DNA from: an uncultured virus (IMG/VR IMGVR_UViG_3300010344_001075)
Taxonomy: Duplodnaviria > Heunggongvirae > Uroviricota > Caudoviricetes
Virus record (IMG/VR): IMGVR_UViG_3300010344_001075
Strand: one strand, 5' to 3'
Length of the DNA: 64,000 nucleotides
Part shown: one piece after another, positions 9,188 to 18,679 of the stretch
Numbering within the stretch: position 1 is the stretch's first letter
Layout: each line of letters begins with the position of its first letter
The notes under the pieces: generated by a model
The model's database searches: none
Told to the model about the DNA's origin: nothing
Seen by the model: only the letters and a program-made list of their open reading frames with translations
Program-made: the position numbers and the translations under genes

Positions 9188-10360
9188 ATGGCAAGTGAAG
9201 CATTTGCAGGAGTAGGTACAAAGTTCCAACGATGGGATGGAGCAGCATGGCAAGACATTGCTGAGGTTAATTCCATTGATGGTCCGGGAATGACCAAGGA
9301 CGTTCTTGAGGTTACGTCATTGGATACGGATGCAGGATACAACGAGTTCATTACAGGATTCGCTGAAGGAGGGACTCTCACACTGGATATGAACTTTACA
9401 AGAGAGACCTATGAATTGATGAAAGAGGATTTTGAATCAGATGAGGTGCGGTCTTATCGAATTCAATTACCGGATTATGATTTAGCACCAAGTACATTTA
9501 CAATAGAAGGGTTAGTAATCGAATTACCTATAACGATGACAGCAGATGATAAAGTAACGGCCGACGTTGTTATACAGATAACAAGTCAGGTAATATTGGA
9601 TGATGGGATTTCGTGGAGCACATACTGGACGGCACTAAAAGCAGCTATGACGAATAAGCCTTCACAGGCATACTCAATAGCTGCAAATACATTTATTACG
9701 TCATTAGTTGACGGTGGAGTATGGGCAAAACTTGACAGGTTATTTGTTTTTGCCGCCGAAACAAATGACGGGGGAGAGGCTTTGTTGGATTGGATACATC
9801 CAACAGGCACCCCTGCAATTCTTGCATATGGGAGTGGCGGAAGCGTACCGACATTTACTGCAAATAAGGGATTTAAGGGAAATGTAGCTAATAAGGCATA
9901 TATAGATACTAAATATAATCCAACGTTGCATGCGGTAAATTATACTCAAAACTCCGCATCAATGGGTTGTTATATCAATGAGCTAAGTACGGGTACGGGA
10001 AATCATTTAATGGGTGGGGTGGCTGGTATAAATTATCTTTCTCCAAGATATAACAACGGCCAATTCAGGTGTAATGTTAACGGAGCTGTGGATTGGACCG
10101 CTCAAACAATGCTATCAACTCCATCTCTCGTTTCTGTTGTTAGATCAAATGCGACTACGGTTACTGCATATATAGGAACAACAGCGTTAGCCGCTAAAAC
10201 AATAAATTCGGCGGCTATTGGGAATCATGAAATCACAATACTTACAATAACTACTGCTTATGATAACTCAGAAGTGTCAATGGCATATATAGGGGCGGGG
10301 TTGACAGAGGCAGATATAACAGTATTGAAGAACGCTTGGGACGCTTTTTTTTTGACATAA
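9188..10360 (+). CDS. tail-tube paralogue fused to a C-terminal putative lectin/adhesin domain
   Basis: First ~137 aa align by eye with the major tail protein 31358..31789 (AGVGTKF.RW, MNFTRETYE, ADDKVTADV); the rest is a beta-rich domain in more AT-rich DNA. Confidence 0.85.
   Translation: MASEAFAGVGTKFQRWDGAAWQDIAEVNSIDGPGMTKDVLEVTSLDTDAGYNEFITGFAEGGTLTLDMNFTRETYELMKEDFESDEVRSYRIQLPDYDLAPSTFTIEGLVIELPITMTADDKVTADVVIQITSQVILDDGISWSTYWTALKAAMTNKPSQAYSIAANTFITSLVDGGVWAKLDRLFVFAAETNDGGEALLDWIHPTGTPAILAYGSGGSVPTFTANKGFKGNVANKAYIDTKYNPTLHAVNYTQNSASMGCYINELSTGTGNHLMGGVAGINYLSPRYNNGQFRCNVNGAVDWTAQTMLSTPSLVSVVRSNATTVTAYIGTTALAAKTINSAAIGNHEITILTITTAYDNSEVSMAYIGAGLTEADITVLKNAWDAFFLT
9608..9638 (+). 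repeat. left putative recombination site ATTTCGTGGAG-N14-CACTAA
   Basis: Inverted copy at 11490-11520. Confidence 0.7.
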
Positions 10361-11493
10361 ATCCGGCAACAGAGCTACTGGTGAGAATGAATGACGATAC
10401 CGACCTTTATGCACATGAGAGTCATCTTTTGATTAAGGATGATAGGATATTTCTCATGTATATGAGCAATAAGGAAACATCTACCGAGTGGCAAACTACC
10501 GCTAAAGCAATACTAAAGGTATTTAATTTAAACACACTTGTAAGATTAAAAACATTTGAACTGTTTTATCCGGGATTAGAAGCGGGGGTAACACTTCCCG
10601 CCGACGTGCCAATTAATGTACCGAGAATGTATTTCTATGGTGATAATACGTTAAGATGTTTCTGTCCTAATAGTGCAACTTTATATACAAGAGATGTAGA
10701 TATTTCTGATGGCGATCCCGATAATTGGACTGTCGGGAATATTTCAATCGCTCAGATGACAATGAAGGATACCGAAGGTAATGATGTGGTTGCTGATGTG
10801 ACAAGCGCAAATATATTAACACATTTAGATTATGTTTTGGGTGATGATTATGCGGGATATCACGATCTAATGCCAATGTTCCGAAATCTTGACCCAGTGA
10901 AAGATGGAAGTACATGGTATGCACCAATGGAATTTAATAGTGAGAAAAGCCACACATTAGCATCTCCTACAATAATATGTAAATCTACGGATGCGGGTAA
11001 TACATGGGCTTTCGGTTCACTAATGGGGTATAATCCTTCTGTTTATAGACTTCACCTAACAGAAACAGGAGTTGTTTTAAGCGGAGGTGTTTTACATAGC
11101 CTTTCAAGAGGAACGGCTATGAGGTATGTGACATCAGATGATAATGGCGTGACATGGGTAAGGCTTGCCGATAAAAGCACTGTTGCAGGCCTGACGTATT
11201 TGAGCGCAAAACCATGCTTGATTAGTTACATAGAGGGAGCTACACAAAGAAACGTTCTTGCTATTAATATAACATCCGAGGTTAATGGCAATAGCGGCAG
11301 GACAACACTTGCTATTGTAGAGACATCAGACTTTACCACTTTCACATTGATTAAAAAGATAATAACACCCACCTATTGTCATTATCCTTCACTATGTAAA
11401 TATGGCAGTAGTTTATATATGGCATATACTAAGGGATGGCCGTTAGGTTCTGCAACAGATAGAAATACAATATCATTTGAGAAAATATATTAG
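10336..11493 (+). CDS. Asp-box beta-propeller (sialidase/glycosidase-like); possible -1 frameshift extension of 9188..10360
   Basis: Asp-boxes KSTDAGNTW and TSDDNGVTW, C-terminal HYPSL; overlaps the upstream stop across a T9 run. Confidence 0.8.
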   Translation: MGRFFFDINPATELLVRMNDDTDLYAHESHLLIKDDRIFLMYMSNKETSTEWQTTAKAILKVFNLNTLVRLKTFELFYPGLEAGVTLPADVPINVPRMYFYGDNTLRCFCPNSATLYTRDVDISDGDPDNWTVGNISIAQMTMKDTEGNDVVADVTSANILTHLDYVLGDDYAGYHDLMPMFRNLDPVKDGSTWYAPMEFNSEKSHTLASPTIICKSTDAGNTWAFGSLMGYNPSVYRLHLTETGVVLSGGVLHSLSRGTAMRYVTSDDNGVTWVRLADKSTVAGLTYLSAKPCLISYIEGATQRNVLAINITSEVNGNSGRTTLAIVETSDFTTFTLIKKIITPTYCHYPSLCKYGSSLYMAYTKGWPLGSATDRNTISFEKIY

Positions 11494-11520
11494 TGTAGTA
11501 GCGAATAGACTCCACGAAAT
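11490..11520 (-). repeat. right putative recombination site (inverted) ATTTCGTGGAG-N14-CACTAA
   Basis: Plus strand TTAGTG-N14-CTCCACGAAAT; ends 6 nt before the recombinase ATG. Confidence 0.7.
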
Positions 11521-11526
11521 ATAAAT

Positions 11527-12465
11527 ATGAATATACTGAGAAAATATAAGAAATTTACAGAGATCAGTCCAATGTTTTTGGCAGAGAAACAAATACAGAT
11601 TGTTCATAAGTCATATTTGGCATATACTCGTTCTTCAGATGTATTTACGGAATGGTTACAAAGTAAGAATTATATAGATTTACCAATGCGGAAAATTACA
11701 CCACAAATCATATCTGATTTTTTCATTTACTTAGCTAATGTGCGAAAGTATGATAGACCGACTTGTCAGAAGTATTTTATGACTTTGCGTTCTATATTCA
11801 GATATGCATTACGTATTGGTGAAATAAAGTTTATTCCATTTGATAAAGAACATATAGTATTTCCAAAGAAAGGTAAGGATTGTTCTGCGGCTCTTATACC
11901 ATCTCATATTATGCCTATTTTATTAGAGGATATGCGAGAAAATGATCCTCAATTGTTTTTGGCTTGTATGATGGAATTTTATTGTGGAGCTCGTCCTGGT
12001 AGGGAGATTCGTTTAATACAAGTGCGTAATTTTGATTTGATCAATGGTATTTTAACAATAGATGCCGATAAGACCAAGAATGGTAAAGTTGGCAGAATAA
12101 CAATGAGTGATGATTTTATTGAGATGTGTAAAGCGTATGGTATTGCTGATGCTGCTCCAAATTTATATGTATTTGGTAAAAACAAACACATAGATACCAG
12201 ACCATTATCTGAAAATATGCTCAATTATAGGTTTCATACGTATCGTGCAAAATATCAATTATCAAATGATGTGAAGTTATATTCTTTTAAACATATGGGT
12301 GCTAGTTATCTAGTTCATTCCAAAGTATTAGATATACTTGAGTTAAAAGATCATTTGCGGCATTCTGATCTTAGTGCTACACAACATTATGTAAAGAAAG
12401 TACTTGGGGCTGATAATGCTGCAATAAGAACACAATTTCCGAACCCTTTGAAAATAGCGATATAA
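11527..12465 (+). CDS. tyrosine recombinase (Bacteroidota-type integrase/invertase)
   Basis: CGARP (R), KTK (K), YSFKH (variant of HxxR), LRHS (H), TQHY (Y); SAM-like N-domain; no arm-binding domain evident. Confidence 0.9.
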   Translation: MNILRKYKKFTEISPMFLAEKQIQIVHKSYLAYTRSSDVFTEWLQSKNYIDLPMRKITPQIISDFFIYLANVRKYDRPTCQKYFMTLRSIFRYALRIGEIKFIPFDKEHIVFPKKGKDCSAALIPSHIMPILLEDMRENDPQLFLACMMEFYCGARPGREIRLIQVRNFDLINGILTIDADKTKNGKVGRITMSDDFIEMCKAYGIADAAPNLYVFGKNKHIDTRPLSENMLNYRFHTYRAKYQLSNDVKLYSFKHMGASYLVHSKVLDILELKDHLRHSDLSATQHYVKKVLGADNAAIRTQFPNPLKIAI

Positions 12466-12527
12466 TTGTTCACTAATACACTGTCAGATGAGAATAGATA
12501 AGTCAAATTCAAAAGAAGGAGGAAGTT

Positions 12528-12842
12528 ATGGAACCATGTGCAAAGGAAAAGGAGATAGATCACATTTGTGAAAGGATCGATAAGATTGAAGAGAATATTG
12601 AGGGTAATGGAAAACCAGGTATGAAATTTGAATTAGGTGAAATAAAAATCGAACAGCGCCATATGAACACCTTTCTTAAGGATTTGAACACGAATATGGC
12701 TGCTGTTATGAAATTTATGATTGAATCACAGATGTCTTCAAGAATTAAATTGCAGACACGTGATGTGGTAAATATGGTAATTACGGCCATACTATCTGCT
12801 TCGGCAATAGCAACGGCTTTTATTGTAGCAGGAGGACGTTAA
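12528..12842 (+). CDS. coiled-coil protein with C-terminal TM, putative holin/lysis accessory
   Basis: AGGAGG RBS; single C-terminal hydrophobic helix; directly before the endolysin. Confidence 0.6.
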   Translation: MEPCAKEKEIDHICERIDKIEENIEGNGKPGMKFELGEIKIEQRHMNTFLKDLNTNMAAVMKFMIESQMSSRIKLQTRDVVNMVITAILSASAIATAFIVAGGR

Positions 12843-12843
12843 T

Positions 12844-13266
12844 ATGCCAAGGTTCTCACAAATATCAAGAGATCGACTCCGCACCTGTCACCGAGATTTA
12901 CAGGTGTTGTTTGAGTTTGTTATCATGAATTACGACTGTACCATTGTTTGTGGTCATCGTAATGAGATTGCCCAAAATTTGGCATTTGCTGAAAATCGTT
13001 CACAATTACAGTGGCCTAACTCAAAACACAATACTTGGCCATCAAATGCCGTGGACGTTGCTCCATATGAAACAAGTGGGATTGATTGGGGTAAAACGCA
13101 GTCAGCTTATTTTGCTGGTCGAGTGATGGGAGTTGCCGTAGAGTTGAAACGTCAAGGTTTAATTTCACATGATATACGTTGTGGGATTGATTGGGACAGA
13201 GATAATGATGTGGACGATACCAAGTTTTGGGATGCGTGCCATTTTGAGATAGTACCAAACAATTAA
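12844..13266 (+). CDS. endolysin, M15-family (L-Ala-D-Glu-type) peptidase
   Basis: FS..S..RL..CH.DL, GHR...Q, SKH...PS.AVD, D..HFE motifs. Confidence 0.9.
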   Translation: MPRFSQISRDRLRTCHRDLQVLFEFVIMNYDCTIVCGHRNEIAQNLAFAENRSQLQWPNSKHNTWPSNAVDVAPYETSGIDWGKTQSAYFAGRVMGVAVELKRQGLISHDIRCGIDWDRDNDVDDTKFWDACHFEIVPNN

Positions 13267-13277
13267 ATCAAAACAAG

Positions 13278-13856
13278 ATGAAAAAACTGTTTCTTTTAAC
13301 AATCGTAGTGCTGCTTGCAAGCAGTTGTACTTGTCTGCTTTCGCAGATTCCGCCACAGACTATTCCGGTAAATGCAAATTGTCAGGCTGTTCTTCCGGAT
13401 TATCTTCCAATGGTGCCAGCAACAGATAATTGCGGATTGGCAAGTGTTGTTCAAATACCAGAGGCTGGGTATATCCTTGACGTGGCAAATCAATCGGTAG
13501 AGGTTACAATTCGGGCAACAGACCTTTTTGGTAATTTCAATGAGGTTAGTTTTATGGTCACGGCTGTTGACACAATTAAACCTGTATTGAGTCCCATACC
13601 TGAATTATTATCAGCGAATTGGGATACAATACATAAGGTATATGATGTTGCCGAAAGGCTGGTAGCGGAGCAGGAACAGTATTTTGATGAGCATTTTGAT
13701 TGGGAGGCCGCAGGTATTCCTGAGGATAAGCGTCCTATCAATCAATACGATACAAAAATGCTTTCTGTAATAACTTCCCCGGCTCATGCAAAGACGGGAT
13801 ATGGAAGTCGTGTAATACTGTTTAAGAGTAACAATGATGAATTTATAGTCAAATGA
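13278..13856 (+). CDS. lipoprotein with HYR/Ig-like domain
   Basis: Lipobox LASSC; ATDNCG...VTIRATD.FGN...F.VT.VDT..P pattern. Confidence 0.7.
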   Translation: MKKLFLLTIVVLLASSCTCLLSQIPPQTIPVNANCQAVLPDYLPMVPATDNCGLASVVQIPEAGYILDVANQSVEVTIRATDLFGNFNEVSFMVTAVDTIKPVLSPIPELLSANWDTIHKVYDVAERLVAEQEQYFDEHFDWEAAGIPEDKRPINQYDTKMLSVITSPAHAKTGYGSRVILFKSNNDEFIVK

Positions 13857-14953
13857 AAAAGCTGCTTGTCATACTATTCTTGCTTCCTGCCATACTTTCG
13901 GCTCAGGTTGTTTTAACATATGAAGGGCAAAAGTATGTGGATACCATCTGTGAAAATGTAAATGGGCTCTCCATTCCGCGAACAGAGCAAACGACATTCA
14001 CGTTCAAGAATAATTATGTGCAAGCGTGTAATACAGGTGGCTATATTTTACAGGCGGGGCATGAGTCTCCCAACACGATACTTGATCATAAACTTGATGG
14101 GGAATTAATTGTTGGGAATAAATTTGTCTGGGCTGGTGATCAGAACGCCAATACCATTACGCATGGTATATTTACAGGGTATCAAAACAATGTGCGAATA
14201 ATGTACAACTATCTGGATTATGTTCCTATGGGGATTGTCCGTAAATCTAATGGCTGGACGGATAGCACAGGTGTTGTTGCCTACAATATTATTCGGAACC
14301 CTCCTGCGGTAGGAATTGTAGTGAAGGGGATGAATGGTGTTCGTATTTATAATAACACTTTGTTCAGTGAGGATTCTTTGTATGTAGGTCCGGGTATTGG
14401 CACGTGGAGGGGCTTGATAGATGTGTACGAGAACGACAATCCTGTTGGGAGTGCCAAGGGTGCCAAAATCAAGAACAACATCTTTTACACCAAGAGAAAG
14501 CTCACCAACATCAACGTCATGAATGAATCGTGCCTAGAGGGGTTTGAGAGCGATTACAATATCTTTTGGTGTGAGGAGGGCGAGCCGATGTTCATGATTG
14601 GAGGGAATCGGTTAACCTTTACACAATGGAAGGCTCGGGGGTATGATTTACATTCGATGGTAATGAACCCACATTTCAAAGATTTTGTTAACTTTGTTCC
14701 AGAGTTTAGAATTCAATGGGGTACTCCAACTGAATTTGATATGGGCATTGCCATGTCAGATTATTGGGCCGTTGGGTTTGATCCGGTACTTGTAAAACAG
14801 GATGGGTATTGGCAACAAGGTGCCAGAATTTATGAAGGGGATTTGGTTATCTTTTACCGAGGTGGTCGGTTGCTTGAGGGTGATTCTACTAATATTCCTC
14901 TCAAGACTGGCAAGGTGGTAATTAAACAAGGTGAAATTGAAATACAACAGTGA
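13853..14953 (+). CDS. secreted right-handed beta-helix protein (pectate-lyase-like fold)
   Basis: Signal peptide; repeated RIYNNT, KIKNNIF, SDYNIF strands. Confidence 0.75.
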   Translation: MKKLLVILFLLPAILSAQVVLTYEGQKYVDTICENVNGLSIPRTEQTTFTFKNNYVQACNTGGYILQAGHESPNTILDHKLDGELIVGNKFVWAGDQNANTITHGIFTGYQNNVRIMYNYLDYVPMGIVRKSNGWTDSTGVVAYNIIRNPPAVGIVVKGMNGVRIYNNTLFSEDSLYVGPGIGTWRGLIDVYENDNPVGSAKGAKIKNNIFYTKRKLTNINVMNESCLEGFESDYNIFWCEEGEPMFMIGGNRLTFTQWKARGYDLHSMVMNPHFKDFVNFVPEFRIQWGTPTEFDMGIAMSDYWAVGFDPVLVKQDGYWQQGARIYEGDLVIFYRGGRLLEGDSTNIPLKTGKVVIKQGEIEIQQ

Positions 14954-15768
14954 TGTGCAGAAATTGGTTTTCAAAAGAGGAGCCGGTATTTAATCCGGCC
15001 TCGTTTCGGATGATGTCATTCGGAAAGAATACCTATCCTGGTGGTAACAGTTTGCCCGGATGTGTTAATGATACGAATTTTCTGTCGGCTGATATTGGTC
15101 ACCAATTTGGTGGGGATATTCGTAAGTACACTGAATGGAAGGCAACTGCGAAAAGGTATGTTCAAAATACCAATACTGCGATTAGTGTACTTAGTCCGGG
15201 AGCCACGGTTGCCATAATAGCGGATAGTTGTTTTTCTGGGGGGATACTTCGTGCAAACCCACACGTCCCAATGCATAATGGGCATCCTGTTTACAACAGG
15301 TTTTTACCCAATCCTGATATTAAACCGGGCCTTGTTGTTGAAAATCATTTTGCCATTCGTTCGGATCTTCATTGGCTTGTTATAAGTGCTTGTCAAGAAC
15401 ACCAAACGGCTATGGATGCTTACTTTAGTGATATTAAAACCAACATGGGTGCATTAAGTTACAGTCTTCGTAAGTCACTCGTAAAAGGAATGACTTGGCA
15501 GGAATGGGTTAATGCGGCAATGGTTTTACTTGCATACCATGGTTTTGCACAGATTCCAATGTTTTACGGGCCATTGGAGAAGAAACATGAAATTATCGGT
15601 TCAAGCGAAACCCTTATTATTCATAATTCTTCCCATGGTTCTCAGCGGAGGGATTTGGATGGGGATGAAGTTGATAAACTTGATGAAACTATTGAGTTGG
15701 ATACTTTCGTCCTTGATGATACGTTGAATGCAATGTTGCAGAATATACCAAAAAAATTAGCGTCATGA
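14950..15768 (+). CDS. metacaspase-like (C14) peptidase with rearranged motif order
   Basis: LPGCVND, ADSCFSG, SACQ..Q.A.D, GALS, and SSHGSQ..D.DGDE.D..DE located at the C-terminus. Confidence 0.85.
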   Translation: MMCRNWFSKEEPVFNPASFRMMSFGKNTYPGGNSLPGCVNDTNFLSADIGHQFGGDIRKYTEWKATAKRYVQNTNTAISVLSPGATVAIIADSCFSGGILRANPHVPMHNGHPVYNRFLPNPDIKPGLVVENHFAIRSDLHWLVISACQEHQTAMDAYFSDIKTNMGALSYSLRKSLVKGMTWQEWVNAAMVLLAYHGFAQIPMFYGPLEKKHEIIGSSETLIIHNSSHGSQRRDLDGDEVDKLDETIELDTFVLDDTLNAMLQNIPKKLAS

Positions 15769-16163
15769 CAACACAACAATTCTTTAAAGGCTTATTTATG
15801 GCCTTGGTAACAGTGGTAGTCGCGGCTTTTAGTCAACAGCCGATTGATTACCTTCTTCTCGCAGTAACGGCAGTAAGCACCATATTGGTGTATTCTGGAA
15901 AGAATCTTATTGCCGTTTTGCATTCTGACTCTCCAGCAGGGGCTCTCAGTTGGATAAACCTACTGTCTGGTATTCTTGTTGCCGTTGGTACGGGAATTCT
16001 ACAGGGGGTTGGAATATACTTGGTAGAGGGCACCATTATATGGTCCCTTGTATGGCGGGTTGTCCTATCGGCAGCATTTACATATCTTGGTACCACCTTC
16101 TTTGCACCGGAGCATAATGTAACCAAGCTGCGAGTATTTGGCAGTGTACGAAAAGCCGCTTAA
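15765..16163 (+). CDS. holin-like 4-TM membrane protein
   Basis: Four hydrophobic helices in two internal repeats; basic C-tail; end of the lysis block. Confidence 0.6.
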   Translation: MTTQQFFKGLFMALVTVVVAAFSQQPIDYLLLAVTAVSTILVYSGKNLIAVLHSDSPAGALSWINLLSGILVAVGTGILQGVGIYLVEGTIIWSLVWRVVLSAAFTYLGTTFFAPEHNVTKLRVFGSVRKAA

Positions 16164-16170
16164 GGAAAGA

Positions 16171-16198
16171 AGTTCCGGGGTGAAAGATCCCCGGAACT
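16171..16198. terminator. strong hairpin between the lysis block and portal
   Basis: AGTTCCGGGG-TGAAAGAT-CCCCGGAACT perfect 10-bp stem, weak U tract. Confidence 0.55.
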
Positions 16199-16220
16199 AT
16201 TCTAACAATTAACTTGTCAA

Positions 16221-17714
16221 GTGATGGAACGAACGAAAGGAATAGTCAAACAAGATGCCGGGTTGGTAGCCTACGCCCAATTACTTGGTGACCTTGTTGG
16301 GAGGATGCAACTTGCCACAACACTTGGCATGCAATACGCGGGAGAGCGTGATATCTATAAAGCCTTGGGGTATCCACAGACAAGTGATTTAAAATTTGAA
16401 GATTATTACGGTAGGTATTGTCGGCAGGATATTGCGAAGGCTGTTATTGACAGACCGGTTCGTGGTACGTGGCAAGGTCCACTTGAGTTAATTGAATCAG
16501 AGGAAACAAAAGATACAGAGTTTGAAAAGGCCTGGGTTGCTTTAAATTTGAAGCTCAGTTTAAAAGCAAAGCTTTCTAGACTTGATAGGTTAACCGGTCT
16601 TGGGCGGTATGGGGTTCTTTTACTTGGACTTGATGATGTTTCCACACGTGAAGGGTTTGAAAGACCTGTAAAGGAGGGGGCTCGTACTTTAAAATATGTT
16701 AAGCCTTTTGGAGAAACCAGTGCAAAAATACTTACCTATGTCACAAATCCAAGTGATGAGCGTTTTGGATTACCATTGATGTATTCCATTGAAACGGTTA
16801 ATATCAGTACAGGTGCAACAATACTGACAAAGGTTCACCACTCACGAATGTTACACGTAACAGATGAGGCGTTAGAATCAGAGATATACGGTATTCCTCG
16901 ATTACAATCCATCTATAACCGCTTGATGGATTTGGATAAGGTTATCGGCGGGGATGCTGAGATGTTTTGGCGGGGTGCCCGTCCTGGGTATGAGGGTAAA
17001 GTTGATCCTCAATATACGATGACTCCTAAGGGGCGGGAAGATTTAATTTCACAGATATCGGAGTATGAGAACAATCTACGCCGTATCCTCATAAATGAAG
17101 GGGTTGAATTAAAATCATTAGCACAACAAATTGCCGACCCCTCTCCACACTTTATGGTAATACTCCAAGCAATATCGGCAGAGACTGGAATACCTGTACG
17201 GGTGTTAACAGGCAGTGAACGTGGTGAGTTAGCAAGTTCACAGGATGCTGGGGAATGGAAGGCCTACGTACAAGCCCGCAGGGAGGAGCACGCGGAGACT
17301 AATATAATACGCCCACTTGTAGGGATGCTCCTTAAATACGGCGTTTTACCAAGCCTTAAGACGGAAAATTACACGGTTAAGTGGAACGACCTGTACTCCC
17401 TTAGTGAAAAGGACAGAGTTGAGATTGGTAAGTCAAGGGCTAATGCTTTACGTGAATACACATACAGTCCAATGTCTGAGGCTATTGTTCCGCCGGATGC
17501 CTTCTTTGACTTGTTCTTAGGGTTGACCCCGGAACAGATTACACTTATCCGTGAGCAACGTGATGAGCTTATTTCACAAGAAGACTTGTATGACAAGATT
17601 TTGGAAGAGTTGGAACCTGAGCCTGTTGTGATGCCAGGGCAGTCTCCGGCAGGTGGTGCAAAGAGCACACCGGCCAAGCCGACAAAGAAGAATACGATGA
17701 GTAGAACAAAATGA
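16221..17714 (+). CDS. portal protein (DUF1073-like)
   Basis: Size, position and motifs (R.DIA..VID.P, HHSR.LH, GIP.RVLTGSE.G). Confidence 0.85.
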   Translation: MMERTKGIVKQDAGLVAYAQLLGDLVGRMQLATTLGMQYAGERDIYKALGYPQTSDLKFEDYYGRYCRQDIAKAVIDRPVRGTWQGPLELIESEETKDTEFEKAWVALNLKLSLKAKLSRLDRLTGLGRYGVLLLGLDDVSTREGFERPVKEGARTLKYVKPFGETSAKILTYVTNPSDERFGLPLMYSIETVNISTGATILTKVHHSRMLHVTDEALESEIYGIPRLQSIYNRLMDLDKVIGGDAEMFWRGARPGYEGKVDPQYTMTPKGREDLISQISEYENNLRRILINEGVELKSLAQQIADPSPHFMVILQAISAETGIPVRVLTGSERGELASSQDAGEWKAYVQARREEHAETNIIRPLVGMLLKYGVLPSLKTENYTVKWNDLYSLSEKDRVEIGKSRANALREYTYSPMSEAIVPPDAFFDLFLGLTPEQITLIREQRDELISQEDLYDKILEELEPEPVVMPGQSPAGGAKSTPAKPTKKNTMSRTK

Positions 17715-18667
17715 GTGAAGTAGCAACATATACTGAAGCCGTTCGTAAGAACTACGATCCTACGCATACGACCGCATTGAGAAACGCTTTCGCGGCAGAC
17801 TTCCGCAGGCGTTTCAAAGAGTTGGCTGCCGTAGTTGCCATAGGTGTTTATCAAAACGACTGCTTTGGTTTGAAAGAGAAATTACATACCTTCCAAATGC
17901 AATCTCCACCAAGAGAAGCTTATGCGTTCTTACGGAGCCAAGAGAAGATTGCGGCGTTTATGAAGTGGTTAGAAAAACAGGTGGAGTTAGGTATTTTGAC
18001 AATACAGGATCTTGATCAAATAGGTACTGCAATTGAATCCGTTTGGACAAATAAATACATCTACGATTCTTATAAAAGAGGGGTTCTCAGAGCGCGATAT
18101 GAGATGGGGCAACTTGGTATGGAACTTACTCCACTTGAAATGATCGGAGGGGCTGCAACATTGTTGGGGTTACCAATGCATTTGGATCGTCTTGGTTTAC
18201 TGTACACAAGGCTATTCACAGATTTAAAAGGGATCACTTCCGCAATGGATTCACAAATTAGTCGTATATTAGCTCAGGGATTAGCGGATGGAGATGGTCC
18301 GCGATTGTTGGCTCGTAAGTTAGTATCGACAATTAATGGTACAGGAATGGGTGATTTAGGTATAACAGATACATTAGGTCGGTTTATCCCTGCTGCACGA
18401 CGGGCTGAAATACTTGCTCGCACGGAGATTATTCGGGCACACCATTTGGGTACCATACAAGAATACAGAAATCAAGGTTTATTGAATATTGTAGTAAAGG
18501 CTGAATGGAAAACGGCTGGGGATGATCGCGTATGTTCAAAGTGTGCCAGTTTGGAAGGGAAGGTTTTCACGTTGGATGAGATAGAACCAATGATACCACA
18601 GCATCCACAATGCCGTTGTATTGCACTTCCATATATTGAGGAACTTGAAAAATATAACGTAAAGTAG
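17711..18667 (+). CDS. head morphogenesis protein (MuF/SPP1 gp7 family)
   Basis: RA..LARTE, W.TAGDDRVC..C, P.HP.CRC. Confidence 0.92.
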   Translation: MSEVATYTEAVRKNYDPTHTTALRNAFAADFRRRFKELAAVVAIGVYQNDCFGLKEKLHTFQMQSPPREAYAFLRSQEKIAAFMKWLEKQVELGILTIQDLDQIGTAIESVWTNKYIYDSYKRGVLRARYEMGQLGMELTPLEMIGGAATLLGLPMHLDRLGLLYTRLFTDLKGITSAMDSQISRILAQGLADGDGPRLLARKLVSTINGTGMGDLGITDTLGRFIPAARRAEILARTEIIRAHHLGTIQEYRNQGLLNIVVKAEWKTAGDDRVCSKCASLEGKVFTLDEIEPMIPQHPQCRCIALPYIEELEKYNVK

Positions 18668-18679
18668 GAGGATAAAAAG

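Noticed and set aside
9188..11493. Diversity-generating retroelement target
   Set aside because: No reverse transcriptase and no TR/VR pair with adenine-specific mismatches seen.
11527..12465. Recombinase as the integron integrase for the 44-47 kb array
   Set aside because: No IntI-specific insertion is visible, it has a YSFKH motif, lies 32 kb away and has its own adjacent candidate sites; cannot be fully excluded.
11527..12465. Prophage integrase marking an attL/attR boundary
   Set aside because: Phage late genes continue on both sides and there is no host DNA in the window.
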